A stretch of DNA of 64,000 nucleotides from Ilumatobacteraceae bacterium (GCA_017856375.1 JAFMFC010000001.1:27455-91454); one strand, 5' to 3'; numbered from the stretch's first letter, positions 53,187 to 62,676 are shown. The notes: generated by a model from the letters alone, not told the origin. Made by a program: numbers and translations.

Positions 53187-54428
53187 GTGACTCAGTCCCG
53201 TCGACCAGCCGTACTCGTCGACGTCCTCTTGGTCGATGGTCGGGTCGATTCATCGGAGATGCTGCAGCGCATGCGAACCTTTGCGCTGGCTGGTGGCGCA
53301 TTGCGTGAGGTAGTGAGTGGCACAAGCGCGCAGGATGACCCCCACTTCGACCCAGACTTCCATGTCCGTCTTGAGTCGCTTCCCGACCCGCGCAGCGTTC
53401 GCGAACTCAAGCGCTTGGCAGCCCGCCTCATCGAGGAACCATTCGCCGAACAACGACCGAGCTGGACCCTCCACTTTGTGGAGAAGGTTGCTCGAAACAG
53501 AAGTGCATTGATCGTGCGCAGGTCGGCCGATTTTGAAGAACGCCTCGTCGGCGCCCTCACGGGACACCCCGTCAATCCGAGCGCATCGACCAAGTCATCG
53601 GGATTCGACTACACGAGCCTTCTCAGCGCTGCACAACGACTGCTCATGCAGCCCGATCCCGTGAATGCGCTTATCGACCGAGGCGCAACTATCGCAGCCC
53701 GGGTGATGCAGGATTTGGAGAAACCAGATGAAGCGCGCTCAGGGCTATGGATCAACCGCTCTGGTTCGCTCGATCATCAAGATTTACGAATCAATCGCCA
53801 TGACATTCAACGCACCGCAACGAATCTGAACGCGGACGAGCGAGCAATCATCCTCGCCTTACTTGCCGACGCCGCTGCACAACTCCACCGATCGTCCCCC
53901 ACCGACACCTTGCGGTGTGGCGTAGCAACTAGACGTCGCGATATCTCGAGACTCATCGACGTTTCACTGCCTACGAGTCAGATGTCGTTTCAGGAACGGG
54001 TTCTCGCGATTCAGGAGTTGCTCGTCCACCTACCCCGGCCGTCAACTTCGGCCACGTCGATGCCATTCGAGATCGGCGAGTGGATTCCACCAGTTTTGGC
54101 TGAATTGATCGACGAGCGTCGCGCGAAGTCAATCGATTTGGCGTGTGTGTTCGCTGAGCCCTTCGCTCCACTCACCGGCCTCGGCGTCAACCACAGCACG
54201 GTGCTTCCGATCGTCTCATTGCTTGGCGCAGCAATCTCAGTGATTGCCACGGTTGATGGAGACTCTGTGCGTCTTGGGTTCTCCGTGGACAAGCGCTGCG
54301 GAACTAATGTCGACGAGGTTCGGCTCGCCTACGAGGCGAGCATGCATACCCACATTGGGGCATCAAGCTACGGAAACGGATTCAGTCGTTGGTGGGCAGC
54401 TCTGCGGAAGCAGTCAACAACAGTCTGA
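53187..54428 (+). CDS. WS/DGAT (wax ester synthase/acyl-CoA:diacylglycerol acyltransferase)-like protein lacking the HHxxxDG motif
   Basis: 413 aa with a GTG start. DDPHFDPDFHV...RPSWTLHFVE...ALIVRRSADFEERL parallels the WS/DGAT N-domain (PLWE..HH..DG), and a C-terminal DUF1298-like region is present. Similarity judged by eye. Confidence 0.6.
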   Translation: MTQSRRPAVLVDVLLVDGRVDSSEMLQRMRTFALAGGALREVVSGTSAQDDPHFDPDFHVRLESLPDPRSVRELKRLAARLIEEPFAEQRPSWTLHFVEKVARNRSALIVRRSADFEERLVGALTGHPVNPSASTKSSGFDYTSLLSAAQRLLMQPDPVNALIDRGATIAARVMQDLEKPDEARSGLWINRSGSLDHQDLRINRHDIQRTATNLNADERAIILALLADAAAQLHRSSPTDTLRCGVATRRRDISRLIDVSLPTSQMSFQERVLAIQELLVHLPRPSTSATSMPFEIGEWIPPVLAELIDERRAKSIDLACVFAEPFAPLTGLGVNHSTVLPIVSLLGAAISVIATVDGDSVRLGFSVDKRCGTNVDEVRLAYEASMHTHIGASSYGNGFSRWWAALRKQSTTV

Positions 54429-54552
54429 GATCGAGAAGCAAGTCCGCAACCTCGTCAGTGGAGACCAATTCCCGATTCAGCATTTCGGCAAGGGCCTTGT
54501 CGACCACTGCCAGCGCCTCGGCAATCACCGTCGTCTCTCGCACTGCAGTCAT
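54382..54552 (-). CDS. small hypothetical protein (56 aa, helical, acidic)
   Basis: Not in the ORF track (<60 aa). The ATG at 54552 is preceded by GCGAGGAGGAAACG (strong SD). Translation: MTAVRETTVIAEALAVVDKALAEMLNRELVSTDEVADLLLDLRLLLTASAELPTND. Overlaps the convergent upstream gene by 47 nt. Confidence 0.4.
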   Translation of the reverse strand: MTAVRETTVIAEALAVVDKALAEMLNRELVSTDEVADLLLDLRLLLTASAELPTND

Positions 54553-54630
54553 CGTTTCCTCCTCGCTGTTGTTGTCAGCAAACTACCCCACCCGACCTCC
54601 GATTGGGTGGCACGTGCCTAGCATCGCCAT

Positions 54631-55431
54631 GTGAAACTTGCCGGAAAAACTGCAGTGGTAACCGGGTCCGCGCGTGGAATAGGGCGTGCTCTCGCATCGG
54701 CCTTCCATGCAGAAGGCGCCCGAGTAGCCCTGGTCGACCTCGACCAATCCGATTTGCACACGTTGGCAGGACACATGAACGCTGCGCGCCCGGAATCGGC
54801 GATGGCGCTTCCCGCCGACCTCACCACCGAGGCGGCCAATGTCGAAGTGATCGACGCTGTTCGTCACGCATGGGAGGACATCGACCTCTTCTTCGCCAAC
54901 GCCGGCATTGCAGCAGGAACCGACCTCACGACTGATGAAGAAACATGGAACAAGGCATTCGCCATCAATCTTCACGCCCACCGGTGGGCCGCCAAACACC
55001 TCATGCCTCACTGGCTCGAGCGCGGGGATGGCTACTTCTGCAGCACCGCATCTGCGGCAGGGTTGCTCTCCCAAATCGGCTCCGCTCCCTACACGTTGAC
55101 CAAACACGGAGCGCTCGCCTTTGCCGAGTGGCTCTCGATCACCTACGGCAATCGCGGATTGAAGGTGAGTTGTCTCTGCCCGCAGGGAGTGAATACCGAC
55201 ATGCTCCATCAGGCTGATGACTTCGGACGAGGCGCAAACGTGGTGAAGGCTGCCGGTGCCGTGCTCGAACCCGAGGATGTGGCACGGGAAGTCGTGCAAG
55301 CAATCGACGAGGAACGGTTCCTCATCCTTCCCCACCCTGAGGTTGCCGAGTACGCGAAGGCCAAGGCCAATGATCGCGGGCGGTGGATCGGCGGTATGCG
55401 CCGGTTACAGATGAAGGTGTACGGCTACTGA
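54631..55431 (+). CDS. SDR family oxidoreductase
   Basis: 266 aa with AVVTGSARGIGRA, NAGI and S...YTLTKHG. Confidence 0.88.
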   Translation: MKLAGKTAVVTGSARGIGRALASAFHAEGARVALVDLDQSDLHTLAGHMNAARPESAMALPADLTTEAANVEVIDAVRHAWEDIDLFFANAGIAAGTDLTTDEETWNKAFAINLHAHRWAAKHLMPHWLERGDGYFCSTASAAGLLSQIGSAPYTLTKHGALAFAEWLSITYGNRGLKVSCLCPQGVNTDMLHQADDFGRGANVVKAAGAVLEPEDVAREVVQAIDEERFLILPHPEVAEYAKAKANDRGRWIGGMRRLQMKVYGY

Positions 55432-56342
55432 GCTCGACGTGAAGCGAACTCGGGAACGAGCGTGGCGATCTCCCGCCACTCAGCACTCGGCAACTCCGTG
55501 AGATCGTCCTTCAACACTTGAATGCAGACGTGATCAGCGCCAGCGTCGAAATGCTCGGCCACGCGCTTCGACATGGCATCAAGATCACCCCAGGTGCAAA
55601 TGGCATCCACCAAGCGATCACTCGGCACGCCGTGCTCGTTTTTCAGATCGGATTCGGTGAAACCATGACGCAACAAGTTGTTCGCATAATTCGGTAGGCG
55701 CACATAGGTGGCCATGAACTTGCGACCAATTTCGCGAGCCTTCGTAGCATCGCGCTCGAAAATGACCGCCATTTCTGGTGCAAGCAGTGGTCCGCGCCCC
55801 ATGATCGATCGCGCAGCGGCGGTGTGCTCGGGCGTGGTGAAATACGGATGCGCACCCTCCGTGCGGGCGGCCGCCAACTGCAACATTTTCGGACCGAGCG
55901 CGGCGAGCATTCGACGTGGTGTCGTCGTCGGGGGTGCCGCCGCGAACATTGCGCCGTCCATCGTGTCCAGGTATTCGACCATCCGCGAATAGGGCTTTTC
56001 GTATGCCGACTTGTGCAGTGCCTTAGCCATGTGACCGTGGCTCGCACCGATCCCGAGGAGAAATCGCTCGGGAAATGCTTCGGTCAATGTCTTCAACCCG
56101 GCCTGCATCGTGACCGCGGTGCGCGCATACATCGAGGCGATGCCTGTCGCTACGACGATCGACTTGCTCCCCGACAACAACAACGCGGCGTGCGCGAATG
56201 GCTCACGCCCGACCGCTTCGGGAATCCACACGGCACCAAAGCCGAGTGACTCGATTTCGGCAACGGCCTCTTGAGCCTTTCGAGCAGGCTGCGCATCGAG
56301 CGTCCATGTCCAAATTCCGAGAGGTGCAAGCGAGAATGTCAC
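55425..56342 (-). CDS. LLM-class F420-dependent oxidoreductase
   Basis: 305 aa with GFGAVWIPEAVGRE and RFLLGIGASH blocks. Confidence 0.85.
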   Translation of the reverse strand: MTFSLAPLGIWTWTLDAQPARKAQEAVAEIESLGFGAVWIPEAVGREPFAHAALLLSGSKSIVVATGIASMYARTAVTMQAGLKTLTEAFPERFLLGIGASHGHMAKALHKSAYEKPYSRMVEYLDTMDGAMFAAAPPTTTPRRMLAALGPKMLQLAAARTEGAHPYFTTPEHTAAARSIMGRGPLLAPEMAVIFERDATKAREIGRKFMATYVRLPNYANNLLRHGFTESDLKNEHGVPSDRLVDAICTWGDLDAMSKRVAEHFDAGADHVCIQVLKDDLTELPSAEWREIATLVPEFASRRAQ

Positions 56343-56388
56343 GGAAAAGACCCTAATTCACGAACTCGTTCACGCACACTTTCGCTCG

Positions 56389-56859
56389 ATGCTCAAGTTC
56401 ATTCTGCCGCTCTGTGTTCTCACACTCAGTACATGCGCCGACCAACCGGAACCAGGTATTGCCACCGTGAGAAAGGTGATCGACGGGGACACGATCGAAC
56501 TGCGCATCGGCACGTCGAACGAAACGGTTCGACTGCTCGGGATCGACACGCCGGAGACCATTCACCCCTCGAAACCCGTCGAGTGCTTTGGACCAGAGGC
56601 TTCGGCTCGAACCAAGCAGCTCCTGCCTCAGGGCACGAAAGTTCGCATCGAACGTGACACCGAGGCGCGCGATCACTTCGGCAGATTGTTGTTGTACGTC
56701 TACCTCGGGGATCGAATGGTCAACGAAGTTCTCCTGAGTGAGGGATTTGCTGTCCCGCTCTCGATCGAACCGAACACCACCCACGCCACGCAGTTCGACC
56801 AAGTCTCGGGTGAAGCACGCACCGCGAGCGCCGGGTTATGGGGAGCATGTCGGCAGTAG
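56389..56859 (+). CDS. thermonuclease (staphylococcal nuclease, SNase) family lipoprotein
   Basis: 156 aa with lipobox LTLSTC and DGDTIELRIG...VRLLGIDTPE...RDHFGRLLLYVY. Confidence 0.88.
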   Translation: MLKFILPLCVLTLSTCADQPEPGIATVRKVIDGDTIELRIGTSNETVRLLGIDTPETIHPSKPVECFGPEASARTKQLLPQGTKVRIERDTEARDHFGRLLLYVYLGDRMVNEVLLSEGFAVPLSIEPNTTHATQFDQVSGEARTASAGLWGACRQ

Positions 56860-56869
56860 CGTTTGACGG

Positions 56870-57706
56870 GTGACGAACACGCTGAACGAGCGACTTGGCC
56901 ATTCACCAACGGCCAAATTGCTGATCATCAGTTGCGACGATCTTGGTTCTTTTCACGCCGCCAACGAAGGCATCTTCGCGGCATTGCGCACAGGCGTGGC
57001 CACGTGCACGTCGCTCATGGTTCCCGCGCCGTGGGCTCGACACGCCGTACTCAATCAACGTGGCGAGGACATCGGTGTGCACCTCACCATGAACAGTGAG
57101 CACGACCTCTACCGCTGGGGCCCGATCACTCACGCACCGTCACTGTTGTCGGGAGAAGGTGGGTTCCCGCGCACCATTGACGACCTGTGGGAGCACGCCG
57201 ACACGACCGAAGTTCTGCGCGAACTCCGCGCCCAGATCTCCCGCGCAATCGAGTGGGGAATCGATGTGACTCACCTTGCGCCTCATCTCACTGCGATCAC
57301 CTTGCGACCCGAGTTTTTTGACGTGTATCTCGAACTTGCGGTCGAGTTCAACCTGCCCATTCGCCTTCCCTCCACCATCACTGAAGCGCAAGCAGGATTC
57401 CCTTTCCGCAAGTTGGCAAGTGATGAGGGCATTCTGTTCCCCGACCACTTCGATCACGACTGGCGCGAAGGAAGTCGCTCACGAGTTCTGAATGCACTAG
57501 CCAACCTGCAATCAGGTGTCACGGAGATTCATGTGCAGCCGTGCATCGACACACCGGAAATCCGTGCACTCGGCGAGGTTGCCGATGGCTGGATCGACGA
57601 TTACCGATTCGTGGTCGAAGATTCTTCGCTGCGTGACGCAATCGAGCGCAGTGGAGCATCCCTGATCGGCTACCGCCAGATCAGGGATGCAATGCGAGCT
57701 GGCTGA
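56870..57706 (+). CDS. ChbG/HpnK (YdjC) family carbohydrate deacetylase
   Basis: 278 aa with LIISCDDLG, ANEGI and GVHLTMNSE motifs. Confidence 0.85.
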   Translation: MTNTLNERLGHSPTAKLLIISCDDLGSFHAANEGIFAALRTGVATCTSLMVPAPWARHAVLNQRGEDIGVHLTMNSEHDLYRWGPITHAPSLLSGEGGFPRTIDDLWEHADTTEVLRELRAQISRAIEWGIDVTHLAPHLTAITLRPEFFDVYLELAVEFNLPIRLPSTITEAQAGFPFRKLASDEGILFPDHFDHDWREGSRSRVLNALANLQSGVTEIHVQPCIDTPEIRALGEVADGWIDDYRFVVEDSSLRDAIERSGASLIGYRQIRDAMRAG

Positions 57707-57938
57707 GCCGCTTCGCCGCGTTTCCGGTCATCAATTCGCCGAGTATCACTCCGGTGTGCCCGGTGGCCTTCAATTTCCCCTGCACATAGGCCGCGGTCGG
57801 ATCAACAAGTGCGTCCGCCAACGCACAAACAAACACCACGTCTGCATCATCGGGTCCGTCAACCCGCGCCTCAGTCTTGGACACCGTCACCCGATATTGC
57901 ACTGACGGTTTAGGTTTCGGAACTTTCTTTGTGGCCAC
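57681..57938 (-). CDS. SCP2 sterol-carrier-like small protein
   Basis: 85 aa. AAYVQGKLKATGHTGVILGEL resembles the SCP2 C-terminal GKLKIxGxxxL motif. 26-nt convergent overlap with the YdjC gene. Confidence 0.6.
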   Translation of the reverse strand: MATKKVPKPKPSVQYRVTVSKTEARVDGPDDADVVFVCALADALVDPTAAYVQGKLKATGHTGVILGELMTGNAAKRLSQLALHP

Positions 57939-57965
57939 GCAGCGACATTACTGCTGCCCTATTGC

Positions 57966-58868
57966 TCAGGTAAGGGTGATACCTGCGAGCAGATCGTCCT
58001 CATAGTCGGATCCACCTTGCACACGATCGACGTGTGACTTGGCAAGAATCCAATCCTCATAGGGATAGGCAACGGCCAATTCATCGTCGCTCAGGCCGAA
58101 CCAAAATGGTTCATCGGGGTCGATTTGTGTGGCGTGTGCACGAAGAGCACCTGAGCGTGCCCACAAGTACTCCCCGACATGAACGCGCGTGGTGATTTGT
58201 CCGTCGAGATCGGGTCGCTCAAACCACTTTTCGTCGAAAGGCGACGAACCGCGAAGTCTCAACAACGCTTCATGGATCGCCGTCAATCGCATCCTCGACC
58301 ATGCCGAGTAGTAGAGCTTTTGTGGCTGCCACACCTCGCCCGCTTCGGGAAACTTCGTTGGGTCGCCCGCCATGTCGAATGCCATCACACTGACTTCGTG
58401 CACGCGCACATGATCGGGGTGCGGGTAGCCGCGCTGGTCCTCGTTGTATGTGATCATCACGTAGGGACGTTCTCGACGCACGATCGCCACCAACCGCCCT
58501 ACTGCCTCAAGCAGATCGGCGCGATGGAAACATTCGGGATGTTCGTTTGCTTCACTGCCGAGCATTCCCGAATCGCGATAGCCGAGCATCTCGACATGGT
58601 GAAAACCGATAATCGAAGCTGACTCGGCCAATTCGAAAGGACGGCGTCGAGCCATCTCTGCGCGTTCGGCTGCACGATTGAGTCCATGAAACGGTTGACC
58701 AGGATCGCGCAGACGAGGATTTTGCAGATCACCCTCCTCGCCTCCCGTGCAACACACGAGAACGGTCTTCGCTCCCTCACGCGCATACTTGGCGAGCGTC
58801 GGTGCTCCCTTGGATGCCTCGTCGTCCGGATGGGCATGAATGGTGAGGATGCATGGCGCGCTCGACAC
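57966..58868 (-). CDS. mca: PIG-L/LmbE family deacetylase, mycothiol S-conjugate amidase (Mca)-like
   Basis: 300 aa. ILTIHAHPDDEASKGAPTLAKYAREGA...TGGEEGD matches the Mca N-terminus better than MshB, from memory. Confidence 0.75.
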   Translation of the reverse strand: MSSAPCILTIHAHPDDEASKGAPTLAKYAREGAKTVLVCCTGGEEGDLQNPRLRDPGQPFHGLNRAAERAEMARRRPFELAESASIIGFHHVEMLGYRDSGMLGSEANEHPECFHRADLLEAVGRLVAIVRRERPYVMITYNEDQRGYPHPDHVRVHEVSVMAFDMAGDPTKFPEAGEVWQPQKLYYSAWSRMRLTAIHEALLRLRGSSPFDEKWFERPDLDGQITTRVHVGEYLWARSGALRAHATQIDPDEPFWFGLSDDELAVAYPYEDWILAKSHVDRVQGGSDYEDDLLAGITLT

Positions 58869-58921
58869 GGCGAGCAGATTAGTGGTGACTCATCACGCCG
58901 CACCTGTCGTAACCTGCGTTC

Positions 58922-59512
58922 GTGCCGCATCGCGCTTCGCTTTTCAATCTGTCGTTCAAGTTGTCGCTTCTTGCCCTGGTGGTCGCAAGTTGCTCGGACG
59001 ATGGTCGTCAGATGCGCGAGCCCTCACCCGACCAGACCCAGTCGGTCGCGATCCCCACGACTTCGACAACCCCCGAGGAAGCGGTGGGCTTCTCAATGAC
59101 CACCCCGTGGGTATCCGGAGAGACCATCGACGAACGTCACACTTGTCTCGGCGCATCTGTTTCGCCGCGTATCGAGTTTTCCAATGTGCCGATCGACATC
59201 GTCACCATCGGTCTCGTTTTGATTGACGAGACGGCGAACGGCGAGGTGCTGTGGGCGATGGCAAACATCGATCCCGCGACGCTGGTAATCGAGGAAGGAG
59301 TGATTCCCAACGGCGCGATCGTCGGCCGCCTTGCAGACGGCACCGCGGGCTACAAGGCTCCCTGCCCGAGCGAACCACACACATTTCAACTCATTGGCTA
59401 TGCGCTACCCCAGCAAGTCGAACTCGAGTCGGGCGCCGATGCCCAGTCAATCGTCGACACTCTGGAAGCCGCGGCTCTCGACGTCGTGACCAGTTCGTTC
59501 GTCTCTCCGTAA
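58922..59512 (+). CDS. YbhB/YbcL (PEBP) family lipoprotein, divergent pocket
   Basis: 196 aa with lipobox LVVASC. SPRIEFSNVP...GYKAPCPSEPHTFQLIGYAL follows the PEBP scaffold, but DPDAP/HW reads DETAN/LW. Confidence 0.65.
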   Translation: MPHRASLFNLSFKLSLLALVVASCSDDGRQMREPSPDQTQSVAIPTTSTTPEEAVGFSMTTPWVSGETIDERHTCLGASVSPRIEFSNVPIDIVTIGLVLIDETANGEVLWAMANIDPATLVIEEGVIPNGAIVGRLADGTAGYKAPCPSEPHTFQLIGYALPQQVELESGADAQSIVDTLEAAALDVVTSSFVSP

Positions 59513-59594
59513 TCGAAGAGAAGCCATCGAAAAGAGGCCAAGGGGCCGGCTTTCAGCCTGCCAAGATGGAGATATTGACCGCTCCTTAAACACG

Positions 59595-61616
59595 GTGCCG
59601 ATCGCGGTTTACGAGACCGATCGAGACGGCAGATTGGTGGATGCCAACGACGCCTTCCGCCAATTGGTTCTTCATGGCGGCCCGATCACCTCGGGTGCGG
59701 CGCCGTGGGCGAATGCTCAGCCCACTGAACGCGCCGAAGCCGAATCGGCATGGCGTCGGGCGGCAGATGGCCCCTTCACCTTCGAGTTTCGACTGTGGCG
59801 ACCGAGCGGCGAAGTGATGTGGATAGGCGTCAGCTCACAACCAGTCACGGCCCACGACGGCGCAATTACCGGGCACATGGGTGTCGCAACGGAGGTTTCG
59901 GAGTCGGTTCGTAGCCGCACACTCGGCGAACAATTGGTGGGACTACTCGACTCTTCTCGCGATGCCGTCGTGGTCTTCGACACTCGCGGTGAAGCATTGT
60001 TCGCCAACGAAGGTGCGCGCACGCTGATCGGTGTCGACGAACGCAACGAAAACGACCCTGCCACTCAACTTTTCATTCGTGCGATTCTCGATCAACTTCC
60101 ACGCGAGGTTCAATCATCACCCTTGCTAAGCAAGTGGGACGGCGAGATCGGCTTCCGCGGACCGGACGGAATCATGCGCACGATGGCCATCGTCCTGCAG
60201 ATCGTTCGATCACACGACGGTGTCGTCGAGCACTACTCGGCGATCGCTCGTGACATCACCGATGCCAAACAACTGCAGGACGAACTGACGAGACAAGCAA
60301 CGCACGACGCCATGACCGGCTTACCCAACCGGGTCCTGTTCCTCCGCAAACTTGCCGAGGCATTGGAGCGAAGCCGCACGCTCAAGCGCGGAGTCGCGGT
60401 GATCTTCGTCGATCTCGACAAGTTGAAGGACGTCAACGACAACATCGGCCACGGCGTCGGCGATCAATTGCTGAACACGATCGCCAAGCGATTGGTGGCG
60501 GCCACCCGCCCATCCGACTTGGTTGCACGAATCGGCGGCGATGAATTCGTTGTGCTGTGCGATGGATTGTCCGACGCCCAGGTCGCCATGGACGTGGCGG
60601 AGCGAGTTCGACAAGCGATGACGGGGCAGGTGATCCTGCAGGGAATCGAGATCTTCACGAGCGCAAGTGTGGGCATTGCCGTCTCCACCGAGGCACTGCT
60701 TACCGAAGAAGCACCTGCCGATGCTGCGGTGACCTTGCTGCGCAACGCCGACACGGCGATGTACCTGGCCAAACAGCGTGGACGTGGGCGCAGCGAGATG
60801 TACAGCGATGAAATGAGGCGGGCTGCCAAGGAGCGCGTTGCGCTGTCTGCCGAGTTAGAACGTGCACTTGCACTCGACCAACTCTTCATCGTCTATCAGC
60901 CGATCGTGTCCGCCCAGTCATCGCGAATCTCGGGAACCGAGGTGCTGTTGCGTTGGAACCACCCCGCTCGTGGAGTCCTCACGCCTCCGGCGTTTCTTGA
61001 GCTCGCCGAGGAGTCGGGTGCCATCACTCCAATCGGCGACTGGGTCATTCGCACAGCATGCAACGAAGCAAAACGATGGATGGAAACAGGAATCGTCGAT
61101 CGATCGTTCCTCCTGCACTTCAACGTGTCGGTCCGCCAACTCGGAGACTCCGCATTCGTCGAGCGCGTCATGGGAGCACTGCGCGACTCTGCTCTCGACC
61201 CGTTTCACGTCGTCATCGAAGTGACGGAAAAGGTGATGTTGAGTGATAACCCCACCGTCTCGCGGACCCTCGCAGCGCTCAAACGACTCGGCGTGCGCTT
61301 GGGCATTGACGATTTCGGGACCGGCTACTCCTCGCTTGCCCGCCTGAAGGAATTCCCTGCCGACTACTTGAAGCTGGACGGCACCCTGGTGCGCGATATC
61401 GGTATCCAAGGTGGCGATGATCCGATCGTGCGTTCGATCATCCAGCTCGCGCATTCTCTCAACATGTCGGTGATCGCCGAGTGGGTCACCACGGACGATC
61501 AGACCCAACGGCTACGGATTCTCGGATGCGATTTCGTGCAGGGCAACAGGATCGCCGAACCAATGACGGCAGCTGAGTTCGTCACGCGCGGAAACACGCC
61601 GGTCGAACGAACCTGA
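59595..61616 (+). CDS. PAS-PAS-GGDEF-EAL c-di-GMP signalling protein
   Basis: 673 aa with two PAS-like regions, GGDEF (RIGGDEFVV) with an RxxD I-site (RPSD) 5 aa upstream, and an EAL domain (EVLLRW, EVTE, DDFGTGYSSL, KLDG, QG). Confidence 0.92.
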   Translation: MPIAVYETDRDGRLVDANDAFRQLVLHGGPITSGAAPWANAQPTERAEAESAWRRAADGPFTFEFRLWRPSGEVMWIGVSSQPVTAHDGAITGHMGVATEVSESVRSRTLGEQLVGLLDSSRDAVVVFDTRGEALFANEGARTLIGVDERNENDPATQLFIRAILDQLPREVQSSPLLSKWDGEIGFRGPDGIMRTMAIVLQIVRSHDGVVEHYSAIARDITDAKQLQDELTRQATHDAMTGLPNRVLFLRKLAEALERSRTLKRGVAVIFVDLDKLKDVNDNIGHGVGDQLLNTIAKRLVAATRPSDLVARIGGDEFVVLCDGLSDAQVAMDVAERVRQAMTGQVILQGIEIFTSASVGIAVSTEALLTEEAPADAAVTLLRNADTAMYLAKQRGRGRSEMYSDEMRRAAKERVALSAELERALALDQLFIVYQPIVSAQSSRISGTEVLLRWNHPARGVLTPPAFLELAEESGAITPIGDWVIRTACNEAKRWMETGIVDRSFLLHFNVSVRQLGDSAFVERVMGALRDSALDPFHVVIEVTEKVMLSDNPTVSRTLAALKRLGVRLGIDDFGTGYSSLARLKEFPADYLKLDGTLVRDIGIQGGDDPIVRSIIQLAHSLNMSVIAEWVTTDDQTQRLRILGCDFVQGNRIAEPMTAAEFVTRGNTPVERT

Positions 61617-61629
61617 GTAGCTCCCCTCG

Positions 61630-62658
61630 TTAGTCCGTTTCTAGCTGAGGCCGCGGCCCGGTTCCTGCGAAGAAGGCCAGGAGCTCTCCCGAACCCTCGC
61701 CGAGACGGAGAACCGAATTGCCCTGCACCGTGTCGCCATAGACCGGCAATGGGAACGACGTCATCCCTCCGCCTGCAACACCGCGCATCTTCTTCGCGAA
61801 CTCCATGATGTCGAGTGACTCGCTGACCACGAGTGCATCGAGACCGTTCGACATGACCGCACCTGCTCGAAGTGGATTGGCCAGGAGACGACTCACCGCT
61901 TCGCTCGCTAGGGTCTGGACGAATTTGCGCTGACGAGCCGTCCTGCCGATGTCAGCAGTGGCATCCATGCTCCACTCTCCGTCCAGGTTTTGCTCGAAAT
62001 GTCGGCTTCGGGCGTATGCAAGAGCCTTCACGCCGTCCAGGGTCGTGCACCCCGGTTTGAGGAAGAGTCCGGTGCTCTTGTCCCGTGAGGGTCGGTCGAC
62101 GCAAATGGTCACACCACCAATGGCATCGACAATCTGTTTAAAACCCTGGAAGTTGACTTCGACGTAATGGTGAATGGGAATGCCCAATGCACGACGCACG
62201 GTGCGCACGAGCACGTCGGTGCCCACCTGATATGCAGTGTTGATTCGCTGTTCCTTCTCGCCGTTGCCGATCTTCACCCACAAATCTCGAGGCACGGAGA
62301 TCAGCGAAACACCTCCGGTCTTCTTGACGTAGTGCATGACCATCAACGTGTCACCGCGCTTTCCACCCACTTCCGACTCCGCACCCATCGTCGCGAAATC
62401 AGGATCGTTCGGATCCGCACCCTCGCGAGAATCGGAACCGACGAGCAGGATGTTTTCGAAGTCGGGATTTGATGCGTCCAAGGTTTCGGTGACCGCAGTT
62501 TCTCGAGCGACGCCATCGACTGCTTGCCGCAATTGGCGAACGAGTCCAGTCGCACCGACGCACCCCACGATGAAGGCGATGAGGGCGACCTTGGCGAATG
62601 TCGACATCAACGAACTACGACTCTTCGATCTCACTGTCTTTGACCCAAAAGGCATCAA
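61630..62658 (-). CDS. LCP (LytR-CpsA-Psr) family cell-envelope glycopolymer transferase
   Basis: 342 aa with an N-terminal TM helix and ILLVGSDSR, RGDTLMVMH and SVPRDLWV motifs. Confidence 0.9.
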   Translation of the reverse strand: MMPFGSKTVRSKSRSSLMSTFAKVALIAFIVGCVGATGLVRQLRQAVDGVARETAVTETLDASNPDFENILLVGSDSREGADPNDPDFATMGAESEVGGKRGDTLMVMHYVKKTGGVSLISVPRDLWVKIGNGEKEQRINTAYQVGTDVLVRTVRRALGIPIHHYVEVNFQGFKQIVDAIGGVTICVDRPSRDKSTGLFLKPGCTTLDGVKALAYARSRHFEQNLDGEWSMDATADIGRTARQRKFVQTLASEAVSRLLANPLRAGAVMSNGLDALVVSESLDIMEFAKKMRGVAGGGMTSFPLPVYGDTVQGNSVLRLGEGSGELLAFFAGTGPRPQLETD

Positions 62659-62676
62659 TGCAAAAGGTAGTCGGGG

